Shown here one piece after another: positions 1-12,970 of a stretch of 54,669 nucleotides of DNA. The notes under the pieces were generated by a model. The model searched no databases. It had not been told where the DNA came from and was given only the letters and a program-made list of their open reading frames with translations. Where the stretch lies: positions 93,375,567 through 93,430,235 of the forward strand of contig NC_068989.1 of assembly GCF_001194135.2 (NCBI RefSeq), given 5' to 3'. Each line of letters opens with the position of its first letter. Position 1 is the first letter of the stretch. Origin of the DNA: Octopus bimaculoides. Its lineage: Eukaryota. The position numbers and the translations under genes were made by a program.

Positions 1-38
<38 letters not shown>

Positions 39-460
39 ACAGATGTAACTGTCTTTGTCCCTTTTTAATCTTTAAGAAGGCAACTCTTTTTTCAGCAGTG
101 AATAATCCCAAATTAAAGACAGGGCTTAGTTGTTTTGTTGATCTTCATCTACACTTCACCCTTGACTAATTTACACATTTCATCATAGGTATTCCAAGCG
201 TGACCATTCCGCTTTTTCTTTTTTTTTTTCTTTTTCTTATGAACATATTCTTAGACCAGACAAATTTGTTCTTTTTATACTAAGGTTGTAGAGTAGAATC
301 CGAGGGATATTTCCCAGTTATTTCTGGCCGGTCAAGCGAGCACATAGAATCTTCCTCGTATATATTTACGGTAGATGGACTGTGCATGTTAGTAGTTAGA
401 CAAATACTCTGGTGATGGAGAATAAATGAAACACCTGCGATAGGAATCGAACCAGCGACC

Positions 461-498
<38 letters not shown>

Positions 499-544
499 GT
501 CTGTCTGTCTGTCTGTATGTATGTATGTATGTATGTATCTATGG

Positions 545-655
545 AATAGGAGCATCATTTGCAGATTTCAGCGCCGGCATCCGAAACTCTGAGCTTTATT
601 ATGACAACCAGTTAATTGTCACATATTATGCATATTATATTTATAGATAAATTTC
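545..655. repeat. Unclassified dispersed repeat; second copy at about 10595-10690
   Basis: Both loci share gcagattt..gcc..catccgaaactc.gag.tttattatg.caac...taattgtcacatattat...agataaatt. Confidence 0.75.
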
Positions 656-719
656 TCTATTTACATAATATCGAGATCTCCTTCATTCTTTTGTTGTAAT
701 ATTATTATTATTATTATTA

Positions 720-800
<81 letters not shown>

Positions 801-1184
801 NNNNNNNNNNTATATATATATATATATATATACACATACATATATACATGCATATATATATACACATATATATGTTAGTGTGTGTGTGGGGATAACTAAA
901 TCAGTAGAAATAGATGATTTTGAATAGTGAATTCTATAGCTGTAGGTCGTTTCTCCTGTTTACAGAGGATATATGTTCGAATTCGGCAGCCTGTCACTTT
1001 TCAGTCGAGGTTGTGTTTTTAAGCCCAATATTTAAGCATTATTTTTTTAGCTTTATCTACTTCGTTTTTCACCGTTATAAAACAATACACACACACACAT
1101 ACAACACATATACATACACTCACAAGCACAGACCTGTAGACACACACACACACACACACACATACACCCACATACATATTTCTT

Positions 1185-1500
1185 ATACCCCTCTTGGCAT
1201 GTGCTTTTTTCCTTGTTGGCCAATTTTGTGTATGGGAGATTTTGACACTGCCACCCTCATTTGTGCGTCATGGCGGGCCGTTGTTCTGGTCCCGTGGATA
1301 GAACAAGGTCCAATTTCTGCTTTGAGACATCCATGTCCACATTGTGTAGGTTTCTTAATTCTTTTGACAGAGCATTGGAGAGCTGTGGGTGTTTGAACCC
1401 TAACCTACTACTGGATCTGATCCCCGCTCTATGAAATGGTCTTTATCTTTGGTACTAGGCAGCATTCATGCTTTTTCTTTGAGTATTATTTAAGTTTTTC
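1185..1500 (-). mobile_element. Degraded 3' end of CR1/L2-like LINE ORF2 (same family as 24040-24430)
   Basis: Minus strand reads LGFKHPQLSNALSKELRNLHNVDMDVSKQKLDLVLS...QMRVAVSKSPIH, aligning with LGFRGPQLFNILPKSLRNLHKVDVGVFKSKLDLFLS...QMRVAKSNSILH at 24047-24370. Confidence 0.8.
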
Positions 1501-1639
1501 GTAAGAGAGTATAAGCTAGTCACTAACAAAATGACTTTCTCGGCGTTTGCGATTATGTGGTTGAACTGGTGTATTGGTTGAGCTGTCGATGCACACACCC
1601 AAGTGTGTGCATCTATCCACCTAAAGAATCTCAGATGGA

Positions 1640-2285
1640 GATTCTTTGAAATGTCTTTACTGTGCCACTAGTAGATAAAATTTGCAGAATCTGCGTCAGT
1701 TTCTTTCGCTATTTCTTCGAAAAACCTAGTTTTCTGTAAGATACAGAACTAAATTTATTTCTCAAACGCATGATAATGCTATAAATAGCGAGATCAGGAT
1801 AAATTATCTATATATTGTAGAAAAATACGTTACTGGCCAGCCATGAGACTATCTCACATCTCTATTTTTCTATACTTCGTATGTAAATATGTTCCTACAT
1901 CATTTGATGTACCTATGATCATTGGTACAAATGAGAATTTATAGTTAGGTTACAAGAGCCGTAAGTTCCACATTAAATTACAATAAATGTTCTGTTTTTG
2001 CTGGACTTTTGATTTTACATTCTCATTCGTTGGGCAGCTGACCTGTACAACAGCGCATGACTTTTGTTCCCTGTCCCACAGAACGATTTCAGGTCTCTTA
2101 TGTTTGTATAGAACTGATCTTCTTATTGGAGTGTTCCACCAGTTGTTTTTAAAGGCGTGAATACCCTGCTGGTTCTACCATGCCATTGATGTAGACGTCA
2201 CGGCAGTTCTTCCTCCGGATACCCTTGTAAATGGTATTTGCAACTATATTATGCTTTACGGTCAGATAGTATCTCGTAGAGATTT
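1640..2285 (-). mobile_element. Degraded C-terminus of an RLE-type (R4/Dong/CRE-like) non-LTR retrotransposon
   Basis: Minus strand: STRYYLTVKHNIVA...WWNTPIRRSVLYKHKRPEIVLWDREQKSCAVVQVSCPTNENVKSK...FVPMIIGT...RKLGF; fits the (H/N)RPD..D...E/D.S.P restriction-like endonuclease motif; stops and frameshifts present. Confidence 0.8.
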
Positions 2286-4313
2286 TGTGTACGTATGTAT
2301 ATATGTATGAATGTATGTATGTACAAGAACACGTTGTCCTGCTCTCGTATATACTACGTTTATTAATAATATACTATAAACATACACTTATCAAAAACCT
2401 AGACACATATATCCACTTACACGAACACATACACACGCGTGCACATACATACACACACGCACACGCGCACGCAAAAACACATACATGCACTTCCCTGCTC
2501 TACCAGTAGACGCTTTATAAACACGCATACTAACAGGCACGCACGCACACACACACACACACACACATAGCATCGTGCAGACACATTCACACACAGAGCT
2601 TGCGAGATTAAGTTTGTGTCAAATCGTTCTTCCCCCTCCGTCTCAGACCCTCCCTCCTACTACTCTCTTCCTGCCCCTCTACCTATCGCACACACACATA
2701 CAAACACATAGACCCAAACACACTGACATGAGCACACTCTCAGTTACAAACACACAAACACACACAGAGCCTAATATATTGTTGGATTAAACGTGGGCAA
2801 GCTGGTGTCAAGCCATCTCCCCTTACTCTCCCACCTCACCCTTTCTCTCCCACCCTCCTCCTCTCTCTCTCTCCATTCCAAAGATCTACAATGATACTTG
2901 CATAAACACACGGTACACACACATACACACACACACTTGCACTCACACACACACTTACACAAATACACACNNNNNNNNNNNNNNNNNNNNNNNNNNNNNN
3001 NNNNNNNNNNNNNNNNNNNNNNNNNNNNNNNNNNNNNNNNNNNNNNNNNNNNNNNNNNNNNNNNNNNNNNNNNNNNNNNNNNNNNNNNNNNNNNNNNNNN
3101 NNNNNNNNNNNNNNNNNNNNNNNNNNNNNNNNNNNNNNNNNNNNNNNNNNNNNNNNNNNNNNNNNNNNNNNNNNNNNNNNNNNNNNNNNNNNNNNNNNNN
3201 NNNNNNNNNNNNNNNNNNNNNNNNNNNNNNNNNNNNNNNNNNNNNNNNNNNNNNNNNNNNNNNNNNNNNNNNNNNNNNNNNNNNNNNNNNNNNNNNNNNN
3301 NNNNNNNNNNNNNNNNNNNNNNNNNNNNNNNNNNNNNNNNNNNNNNNNNNNNNNNNNNNNNNNNNNNNNNNNNNNNNNNNNNNNNNNNNNNNNNNNNNNN
3401 NNNNNNNNNNNNNNNNNNNNNNNNNNNNNNNNNNNNNNNNNNNNNNNNNNNNNNNNNNNNNNNNNNNNNNNNNNNNNNNNNNNNNNNNNNNNNNNNNNNN
3501 NNNNNNNNNNNNNNNNNNNNNNNNNNNNNNNNNNNNNNNNNNNNNNNNNNNNNNNNNNNNNNNNNNNNNNNNNNNNNNNNNNNNNNNNNNNNNNNNNNNN
3601 NNNNNNNNNNNNNNNNNNNNNNNNNNNNNNNNNNNNNNNNNNNNNNNNNNNNNNNNNNNNNNNNNNNNNNNNNNNNNNNNNNNNNNNNNNNNNNNNNNNN
3701 NNNNNNNNNNNNNNNNNNNNNNNNNNNNNNNNNNNNNNNNNNNNNNNNNNNNNNNNNNNNNNNNNNNNNNNNNNNNNNNNNNNNNNNNNNNNNNNNNNNN
3801 NNNNNNNNNNNATATGTGTGTGTGTGTGTGTATGTGTGTGTGTGTGTGTGTATGCATGTATGAATGCATACTTAAAAGCATACATGTGTGTCTGAACGCA
3901 TTTGTGTATACGTGTGTGTGTGCGTGTGTGTGTGCTTGCAATTCTATCTGAATATCACTACGCTGTGCCTCTGCCTTCCATTGTCCCCCCCTCTCTCTTA
4001 TCACCGTCCCCCTCCCACACTCTCTCTCTCTCTCCCACATCACTGCACACCGTCGAGTGGTACGACAGCTTCAGGCTTCAGGAATGTTTCATCGATCTGC
4101 TTGGTGTTTGGTAGAGAGATTGATCTGCCAATCGAGAAGGAGACAACTGGTGCACACGCTTTCACATACGTATGCAGAACACGCATGTACAGATGCGCAT
4201 AGGTACACAAATACAGGAGCAAACATACATACGCACACAATTATGTATGCGTGTGTATGTGTATATATATATGTATATGTATATATATAAGTAGATATAT
4301 TTATGTGTGTCTA

Positions 4314-4345
<32 letters not shown>

Positions 4346-4431
4346 CATATATGTATATTTATATATGTATATATNNNNNNNNNNNNNNNNNNNNNNNNNN
4401 NNNNNNNNNNNNNNNNNNNNNNNNNNNNNNN

Positions 4432-4464
<33 letters not shown>

Positions 4465-4885
4465 TATATATCTATATATATATATATATATACATACAGA
4501 GAAAGAGAGGGTGAGGAGAAAGAGAGATGGAGAGAAGCAGATTGATAGCTAGAATGATATATACACCATAAACATATCCGTATATATGCACAAGCGAATA
4601 TGCTTTAAAATACATATATATTATATAATAATGCGCTCATAATTATACACAAATACACACACACACATACACATATATATATACATACATACACACACAT
4701 ATATATATATACGCATATATGTGTATATACGTATATGTATGTATATATGTCCGTGAGAGATACGTACAGTGAAATATACTGAATAGTGACATTTATATGT
4801 AGGCTGGTGTGTGCGGTCTATATATAAATATGCTTGTATATATATATGCATACATGCATACACCCCCCCCCACCCACACACACTC

Positions 4886-4925
<40 letters not shown>

Positions 4926-5250
4926 TATACTATACTATACACAGACACACACATATATGTATATATATATATATATATATTTATAAATTTATATACATAT
5001 AAACCTAGAAAATTAGACAAATATTGAAATTTTCGTCATCAATACATGATTTTGGAGATACAGTTAAACGTGTGTATGTGTGGGCGTGTTTGAGTGTGTG
5101 TGTGTGTGTGTGTATGTGTGTGTGAGTACGTATAAAGTCATAAGATGCGTATATGTTCGAATATAGAGAATTTCATACACGCATACGCAAGTCTCCACAC
5201 TTGCTAGTGTCTATACATAAATGTATGTACGTATGTATATTCGCGTATAG

Positions 5251-5294
<44 letters not shown>

Positions 5295-5879
5295 CTACTT
5301 CTGCATATACACACATATACATAATTATGTTAAGTACGTATTTAGAAAATTTATACACACAGTTTCATTTACAAACTTAATTACACATACACCTCGACAC
5401 ATACTTTCATAGTCTCACACTCATACATACACACGCAACACTCGCACATATATCATATGATTATACATTTATTAGCATATATGCAAATTTCTGAATGTTA
5501 AAGATGGGAGACAAGTAAAATAAATTTCTTTCTTTGCTTGTTAATTTAAAGGATTTAATTTGACACCTCTGAAGTGGTGAACCTCTCTGGTGTAGTGCAT
5601 CAAGACCTTTTGGTCTACTAATCACATAGTTCGATTCTCGTGCTGACTCCGTTCATAGTTTTTTGTTTTCTTGTGTGTTCGTCTCTCAGAGGTTTTTACT
5701 CATATCATTTAAGGCCTAGTTTCTAGTAAGATCCAAATCGTGATAAGCAGTACTTTTATATCAATAGAGTAATGTATATCTACATACATACACAGACGCA
5801 TGTCTATAATCTGCTTGATTTTGGTAATTTATCCATGTCTTGTTTCGACTTTTAATTCTTAGCACACGCGTATATCCAC

Positions 5880-6030
5880 AGATAACGTGCATCGTCTTCT
5901 CTTCTATTGGACTTTCCTCTGTTTCCGAAGAAGAGCGTCTGCTCGAAACGTTAAACCAACTTTCTTTTCTTCCCTGAGCGTCTGCTAATATTACATATGT
6001 ACCACGTCCTCGCGTTGTTGTTTTTCGATT
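5880..6030 (+). mobile_element. Penelope-like terminal (pLTR) fragment with hammerhead-like motif; same family as 26770-26920
   Basis: Near-identical to 26770-26920 (ttggactttcctctgt..gaagaagagcg..gctcgaaac..ccctgagcgtctgctaata..gtaccacgtc); PLE assignment is inferred from the motif. Confidence 0.6.
5921..5956 (+). ncRNA. Putative minimal type-I hammerhead ribozyme motif (U4 to C)
   Basis: GTTT-CCGAAGA-A-GAGC(gtct)GCTC-GAA-ACGT-T-AAAC: stems I and II pair; stem III is the palindrome ACGT. Confidence 0.5.
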
Positions 6031-6061
6031 TACTATATATGTATATGTATTACTCTTTTTT

Positions 6062-6329
6062 TTACTCTTTTACTTGTTTCAGTCATCTGACTACGGCCAT
6101 GCTGGAGCACCGCCTTTAGTCGAGCAAATCGNNNNNNNNNNTCAGTCATCTGACTACGGCCATGCTGGAGCACCGCCTTTAGTCGAGCAAATCGACCCCC
6201 AGGACTTATTCTTTGTAAGCCTAGTACATATTCTATCGGCCTCTTTTGCCGAACCGCTAATGTTGCGAGGATGTAAACACACCTCAGCATCGATTGTGAA
6301 GAGATGTTGGGGGGACAAACACAGACACA

Positions 6330-6330
<1 letters not shown>
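6062..6330 (-). mobile_element. tRNA-derived SINE family A, 3' half
   Basis: Matches other copies (tttacttgtttcagtca..tgactgcggccatgctggagcaccgcc..gccgaaccgctaa..gggacaaacacagacac). Confidence 0.9.
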
Positions 6331-6393
<63 letters not shown>

Positions 6394-7121
6394 NNNNNNN
6401 NNNNNNNNNNNNNNNNNNNNNNNNNNNNNNNNNNNNNNNNNNNNNNNNNNNNNNNNNNNNNNNNNNNNNNNNNNNNNNNNNNNNNNNNNNNNNNNNNNNN
6501 NNNNNNNNNNNNNNNNNNNNNNNNNNNNNNNNNNNNNNNNNNNNNNNNNNNNNNNNNNNNNNNNNNNNNNNNNNNNNNNNNNNNNNNNNNNNNNNNNNNN
6601 NNNNNNNNNNNNNNNNNNNNNNNNNNNNNNNNNNNNNNNNNNNNNNNNNNNNNNNNNNNNNNNNNNNNNNNNNNNNNNNNNNNNNNNNNNNNNNNNNNNN
6701 NNNNNNNNNNNNNNNNNNNNNNNNNNNNNNNNNNNNNNNNNNNNNNNNNNNNNNNNNNNNNNNNNNNNNNNNNNNNNNNNNNNNNNNNNNNNNNNNNNNN
6801 NNNNNNNNNNNNNNNNNNNNNNNNNNNNNNNNNNNNNNNNNNNNNNNNNNNNNNNNNNNNNNNNNNNNNNNNNNNNNNNNNNNNNNNNNNNNNNNNNNNN
6901 NNNNNNNNNNNNNNNNNNNNNNNNNNNNNNNNNNNNNNNNNNNNNNNNNNNNNNNNNNNNNNNNNNNNNNNNNNNNNNNNNNNNNNNNNNNNNNNNNNNN
7001 NNNNNNNNNNNNNNNNNNNNNNNNNNNNNNNNNNNNNNNNNNNNNNNNNNNNNNNNNNNNNNNATAGATATATCGATATATATCTATATATCGATATATA
7101 TGTATATACATACGTGCATAT

Positions 7122-7154
<33 letters not shown>

Positions 7155-7171
7155 TACACACACACACACGC

Positions 7172-7214
<43 letters not shown>

Positions 7215-7665
7215 CAAGGTGCGTTAAATATATTGTCGTCTAAATTACGCAAAAATGAAAATACCACTTACATCACATTTTAACAGATATACTTACTAAA
7301 ATTTCTTTAAAATATCTTAAAATACTGAAGTTAATTCAATAAAATCGCCATTGACTTCAACATTTCTGGATATCCTGCAATTCTTCTGATCACTGATGAT
7401 CACTCCAAACACCATGATGCTGACTGGATGTTTGATTTTTATCACTCTCGGTACATGTTCTCAGATTGACATCCAAACGCTATGAATCGTTCGCATTGGA
7501 GCTTCCTGCGCGAATACCAAACAGTACAGCATGTCATTTCCATATTTCTGGCAGAGTGAACTGCGTCATGGGGCTGTTTTTTAGACAGAAGGTGCCCAAC
7601 TGATCCTATTATACGGTGTAGTCGATAAAACTCAAAACAAACAATGCGCATGCGCGAAATTAAGT
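7215..7665 (-). mobile_element. Non-autonomous Tc1/mariner (maT/DD37D-like) deletion derivative
   Basis: TA+caaggtgcgttaaatatattgtcgtc TIR-like start; collinear with the 40930-41776 copy; residual KIKHPVSIMVFGVI on minus strand. Confidence 0.8.
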
Positions 7666-7684
7666 TTCCACTCAGAAAGCATTG

Positions 7685-7790
7685 CTTGTCTGTGTTTATA
7701 GTAGAAGGCATTTTCTCAAGGAGGCGTGTAGTACGAAGGAACTGAACTCGAAACCATGGGATTGCAAAGCGAGTTTCTTAACCACACACC
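7685..7790 (-). mobile_element. SINE family A head, degraded
   Basis: gaactgaactcgaaaccatg...ttaaccacac matches reverse complement of the tRNA-like head. Confidence 0.6.
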
Positions 7791-8771
7791 CACCTAAATT
7801 ACAATCATAGAACTGTTGTCGTTGTTGTTGTTGTTGTTGTTTAGGCCCGTCTCAATTAAGAATAAAGAGAAACGTTATCAAATCTACCCGATCCATGATT
7901 GCACGATCTGTTTTCAAATATAAAGTATGCTATCCTACCATACGGTATGCCCTATCTACCAATTATCTTAAAGGAGCCAATTATCCCTAGATCAGTTTTA
8001 GCAGGCTAACACGTTTGTGCATTAAATCGAAGAACAAGGAAGAAGTTAAATAAAAATGCTTTCTTTGTAGCTTACTCACAGCAAAGTTTAAAAAGACTTT
8101 AGTCTAAGGTAATCATGTATTGCACCATTCCATTCCTTTTAGAAATTGTCAGTATTACATAACCCAAAACAAAGTTAAATTAAACGATTTACGAAGCGGG
8201 ACATCTCTCATAGATGTAAAATAATTACAGCTTGGAAGACATTCAAGGAATGTATGGTATTTACTTTTTCTATTTCAAAATAGCAGTATGAGGTTGCGGG
8301 ACATTTGGCAGCAATTTCAGCAGACATATTATCGATGTAGGTGGTATAATCCCCATGTCACCTATGATGGAGTAGATTTATAATCAAAGATGATTCATCC
8401 GTTGTTATCTCGCAATTTTTTCTTCAGGTTTAATCTGTCTAGAACTACTCTCTCCATTATCAAATGTCGATTTTGTTTATTGTTAGTTACAAATGCATCA
8501 TATGATTTGGATGAGATTTGGTAGACACGCATTTGTATACATTCTCTCCATCGCTCTGTTCGCACAATATTTATATATGATTTCTGAATAACTAGGCACG
8601 GTAGCGCATACACAAACGCCCGCGCAGGCACTCACAAACACACATTCACACAAACATACACAAACACACACACACAGAGTATACATCTATGTATACAATA
8701 GGTATATACAAATACAAATAAATAGAACATACACAAAACATGTATATATTGTATATTTATATACATATGTG

Positions 8772-8811
<40 letters not shown>

Positions 8812-10744
8812 NNNNNNNNNNNNNNNNNNNNNNNNNNNNNNNNNNNNNNNNNNNNNNNNNNNNNNNNNNNNNNNNNNNNNNNNNNNNNNNNNNNNNNNNN
8901 NNNNNNNNNNNNNNNNNNNNNNNNNNNNNNNNNNNNNNNNNNNNNNNNNNNNNNNNNNNNNNNNNNNNNNNNNNNNNNNNNNNNNNNNNNNNNNNNNNNN
9001 NNNNNNNNNNNNNNNNNNNNNNNNNNNNNNNNNNNNNNNNNNNNNNNNNNNNNNNNNNNNNNNNNNNNNNNNNNNNNNNNNNNNNNNNNNNNNNNNNNNN
9101 NNNNNNNNNNNNNNNNNNNNNNNNNNNNNNNNNNNNNNNNNNNNNNNNNNNNNNNNNNNNNNNNNNNNNNNNNNNNNNNNNNNNNNNNNNNNNATATATA
9201 TATATATATATATATACACATATGACAATGAAAATAATTAGAAAATGGGGAAAACCTCAGATTAACCAACCCATCGACGGGATCACATTTTTAGCTTATA
9301 TATTAATACAAAGTATGACATAACAAATAGGTGATGTAACGTCTTATGGCCGTTTCCGATCAGTTGCAAAAATGCTGTATATAAATAAATGCAGGAATAA
9401 TGTTCTCCATCTTCATAGGACATTCGAATTAAGGCAACAGATCTTCATCAGAGTAAAAGACAAGAGCATACAATATAAACAATGGGAAGAAGGAAAAGGA
9501 AAGAAAATATGGAATAGACAAAAAGTCTAGAAGCCCAATATGTTAAAAGCATATAATTTACCATTCTTGGGGCTACGAGGTCCGTAGGTAAAAAAAGCAT
9601 TGATTCCTGATAAACTCTTGTTTATCCTGTTGCTACCTGCATTCTACATGTACGATCTGCCTGCAGACCAAGGCCCGGGGATGATACGGATAACGGATAC
9701 CGATAGATAGTATGTATATACGAATATTTTATCCCTTAGTCGGTTACTATAGCCGTTAACTCTGTTTACACTATATATGTATAGGCATATATGTATATAG
9801 ATACATATATATACATATATATACATATATATATANNNNNNNNNNNNNNNNNNNNNNNNNNNNNNNNNNNNNNNNNNNNNNNNNNNNNNNNNNNNNNNNN
9901 NNNNNNNNNNNNNNNNNNNNNNNNNNNNNNNNNNNNNNNNNNNNNNNNNNNNNNNNNNNNNNNNNNNNNNNNNNNNNNNNNNNNNNNNNNNNNNNNNNNN
10001 NNNNNNNNNNNNNNNNNNNNNNNNNNNNNNNNNNNNNNNNNNNNNNNNNNNNNNNNNNNNNNNNNNNNNNNNNNNNNNNNNNNNNNNNNNNNNNNNNNNN
10101 NNNNNNNNNNNNNNNNNNNNNNNNNNNNNNNNNNNNNNNNNNNNNNNNNNNNNNNNNNNNNNNNNNNNNNNNNNNNNNNNNNNNNNNNNNNNNNNNNNNN
10201 NNNNNNNNNNNNNNNNNNNNNNNNNNNNNNNNNNNNNNNNNNNNNNNNNNNNNNNNNNNNNNNNNNNNNNNNNNNNNNNNNNNNNNNNNNNNNNNNNNNN
10301 NNNNNNNACATACGCACATATATATAGGCATATATGTATATAGATACATATATACATTCACACACACACAGATATGTAAATATATATATATGCACACACT
10401 TATAAAATATATAATTCATAAATTTATCCTTACACACTATACACCAGTCTATCTTTCATGTTTAAAAAGATACCTCAAGGGGAGCCTGTTTAACTGCGGT
10501 ATTCGTCCCGAGATAGTATCTCTTACAGAGATGCAAATTAAAAAGAAAACGGTCATTTTCATAGCCATTTTCATAGCATTTTTGTTTGTCTTAATGATGA
10601 GATGCCGGAGCAGATTTCCGCCCCGACATCCGAAACTCGGAGTTTTATTATGGCAACTGAATAATTGTCACATATTATATTACAGATAAATTGCTATATG
10701 TGTGTGTGTGTGTATTGTGTGTTTGCGCGCGTAAGTGTGTATCT

Positions 10745-10935
10745 TTGTGTGTCTTTTGTGTCTATGTTTGTTACAAACTACCACTTCACAACCGGGGTTG
10801 GTGTGTTTACGTTCCAATAATGTAGTGGTTAGGCATAAAGAAAGGAACATAAGGGCTGAGGTCGATTCATTCAACTTAAAAATTCAGCAAAGCAGTATAC
10901 CAGTATGATCGCAGTCTAATGATTGAAACAAGTAA
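10745..10935 (+). mobile_element. SINE family A 3' half, degraded
   Basis: acaaccgg..tggtgtgtttacgt...gcagtctaatgattgaaacaagta. Confidence 0.65.
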
Positions 10936-10944
10936 TACATATGC

Positions 10945-10980
<36 letters not shown>

Positions 10981-11440
10981 ACATATACACATACATATTT
11001 ATGTATGTATATACTTAGATATTTAGGCAAATGAACAATCTATGAGTCTAGTAATAATAACATCGTCGATACAACATCAGTAACAACAACAACAACGAAA
11101 TATTAATCACAAAACTAACTATAAATATAGTAACAGAAGTAAAAGAATAAAAAAAAAGTTCTGTGGACGGTTCTTTTGTTGCGATGATGCGACATATGCT
11201 TCAGCATGTAACATATTGCATGTGTGGCGGGACATGTAGTTGAGACGAGGGCAGCGATGTCATGGAAGGGAGGTGGTGGTGGGAGTGATAGTTCCAGTGA
11301 AGGTGGGAGGCAGGACTGTAGCAGTGGAGCTGGGAGCAGCGAGTGTATTCAATAAGGTCGCTCAAAGTCTCGGAGTTGTTGGGTAATGAAATAGGTGTTG
11401 CTGTTGTTGGAGGAGAACGACGACAATGAAAGTGATAATG

Positions 11441-11475
<35 letters not shown>

Positions 11476-12205
11476 NNNNNNNNNNGAGAGAGAGAGGGAG
11501 AGAGAGAGAGAGAGAGAGAGAGGGTGAGAGAGATGGGAGTACTGGCCATCATGTAGCGCATGTTTAAGAAAACCTTTGCAGAGAATCTAGCTATAATCAA
11601 CGTAAATGTGAGTCTGTAATCCAACAAAAGATCCCCAAACATTGACGAATTCGTTCGCTAGTTTTTACCTTTTAATTTAATCCTTTTTTTTCATCAAGAA
11701 TTTTAGCAAATAAACTTAACAAATCAGCCAATAATATATTGTCCTCCATATTTTACGACTTCTAAACATCTTTCTACAAGATTCTCAAAGCCTTAATGTA
11801 AGAAACTATCGGTCTTGACTCAAAGAATTCAAAGAGTTACGTTTTTACTCCGAAGTCGTTTTTGAATGCAGACTAATGGGGGAAAAATTGACATAGAACC
11901 TAACAGAGAAAATATAAATATGTTGCTAAACACCCAAAGTTATCGAGATATTTTATTAGCAACCTCAATTACTATCGGGTGGAACTGGAGGAAACATTTC
12001 TTGAAAAATGAAAAGTCCCTTGTTACCTGACTCTGTTTAAACTTTCCCCAAATTTCAACAACAACAACAACAATGCTGACCAAACTTTTAATCTCAAAGA
12101 TGATGCAACAGTATAAAATGGTTGAATACTTGCAGCGATTATTTTAGCCCAATTGCTAATTTTTTCTCACACCCTATGCATAAATAGATAGACAGACAGA
12201 CAGAC

Positions 12206-12243
<38 letters not shown>

Positions 12244-12406
12244 ATACACACATACATACATGCATAGATACATACATACATTCATACATACATACAAAAA
12301 TTATATGTGATAGACTCACCCGTCTTCGACGGGACAGTCCATCATGTATATATATATATATATAGAATATGTTTATATGCATATATGTACATATGCATAC
12401 AGACAG

Positions 12407-12453
<47 letters not shown>

Positions 12454-12476
12454 TACAGACAGACAGACAGACAGAC

Positions 12477-12533
<57 letters not shown>

Positions 12534-12928
12534 CAAACAAATATATACTGTTGAGTATTAATGTGTGTTTGCGCGCGCATTTGTGTGTAAATTTTTTAAA
12601 TCGTATTTTAATGATAGGAAACGAATATATTTACATAGCCTAATCAATCAATCATATGTCTGATGACTAACGGTTGACAGTTGTGTAAGCATCAATAACT
12701 GCGCAGAGTGTAGGTTTTATCCAGTTATTAAACCGAAAATCTTATCGTGTTGTTGTTGTTATTGCTTAAGTTTTTGATGGTGAATAGATACGACAATGTA
12801 GTTTCGAGTTTAATGTCATTGAGCAGAAACTTGGGCGTTGTCTACTATGGCCTTGGACCGATCAATACATTGAAAGTAAACTTCGTAGACAGAAACAGTG
12901 CGGAAGCCCAATGTTTGTGCGCGCGCGC

Positions 12929-12970
<42 letters not shown>

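Noticed and set aside
431-462. tRNA-like B box (ggttcgattcc on the minus strand), also at about 5630, 22787 and 45375
   Set aside because: No cloverleaf; these are SINE heads, not tRNA genes
6079-6194. Direct repeat of about 53 bp either side of a 10-N gap
   Set aside because: Unmerged contig overlap (assembly artefact), not a CRISPR or a biological duplication
8231-8256. ag|CTTGGAAGACATTCAAGGAATGTATG|gt micro-exon (LEDIQGMY)
   Set aside because: 26 nt, weak signals, expected by chance
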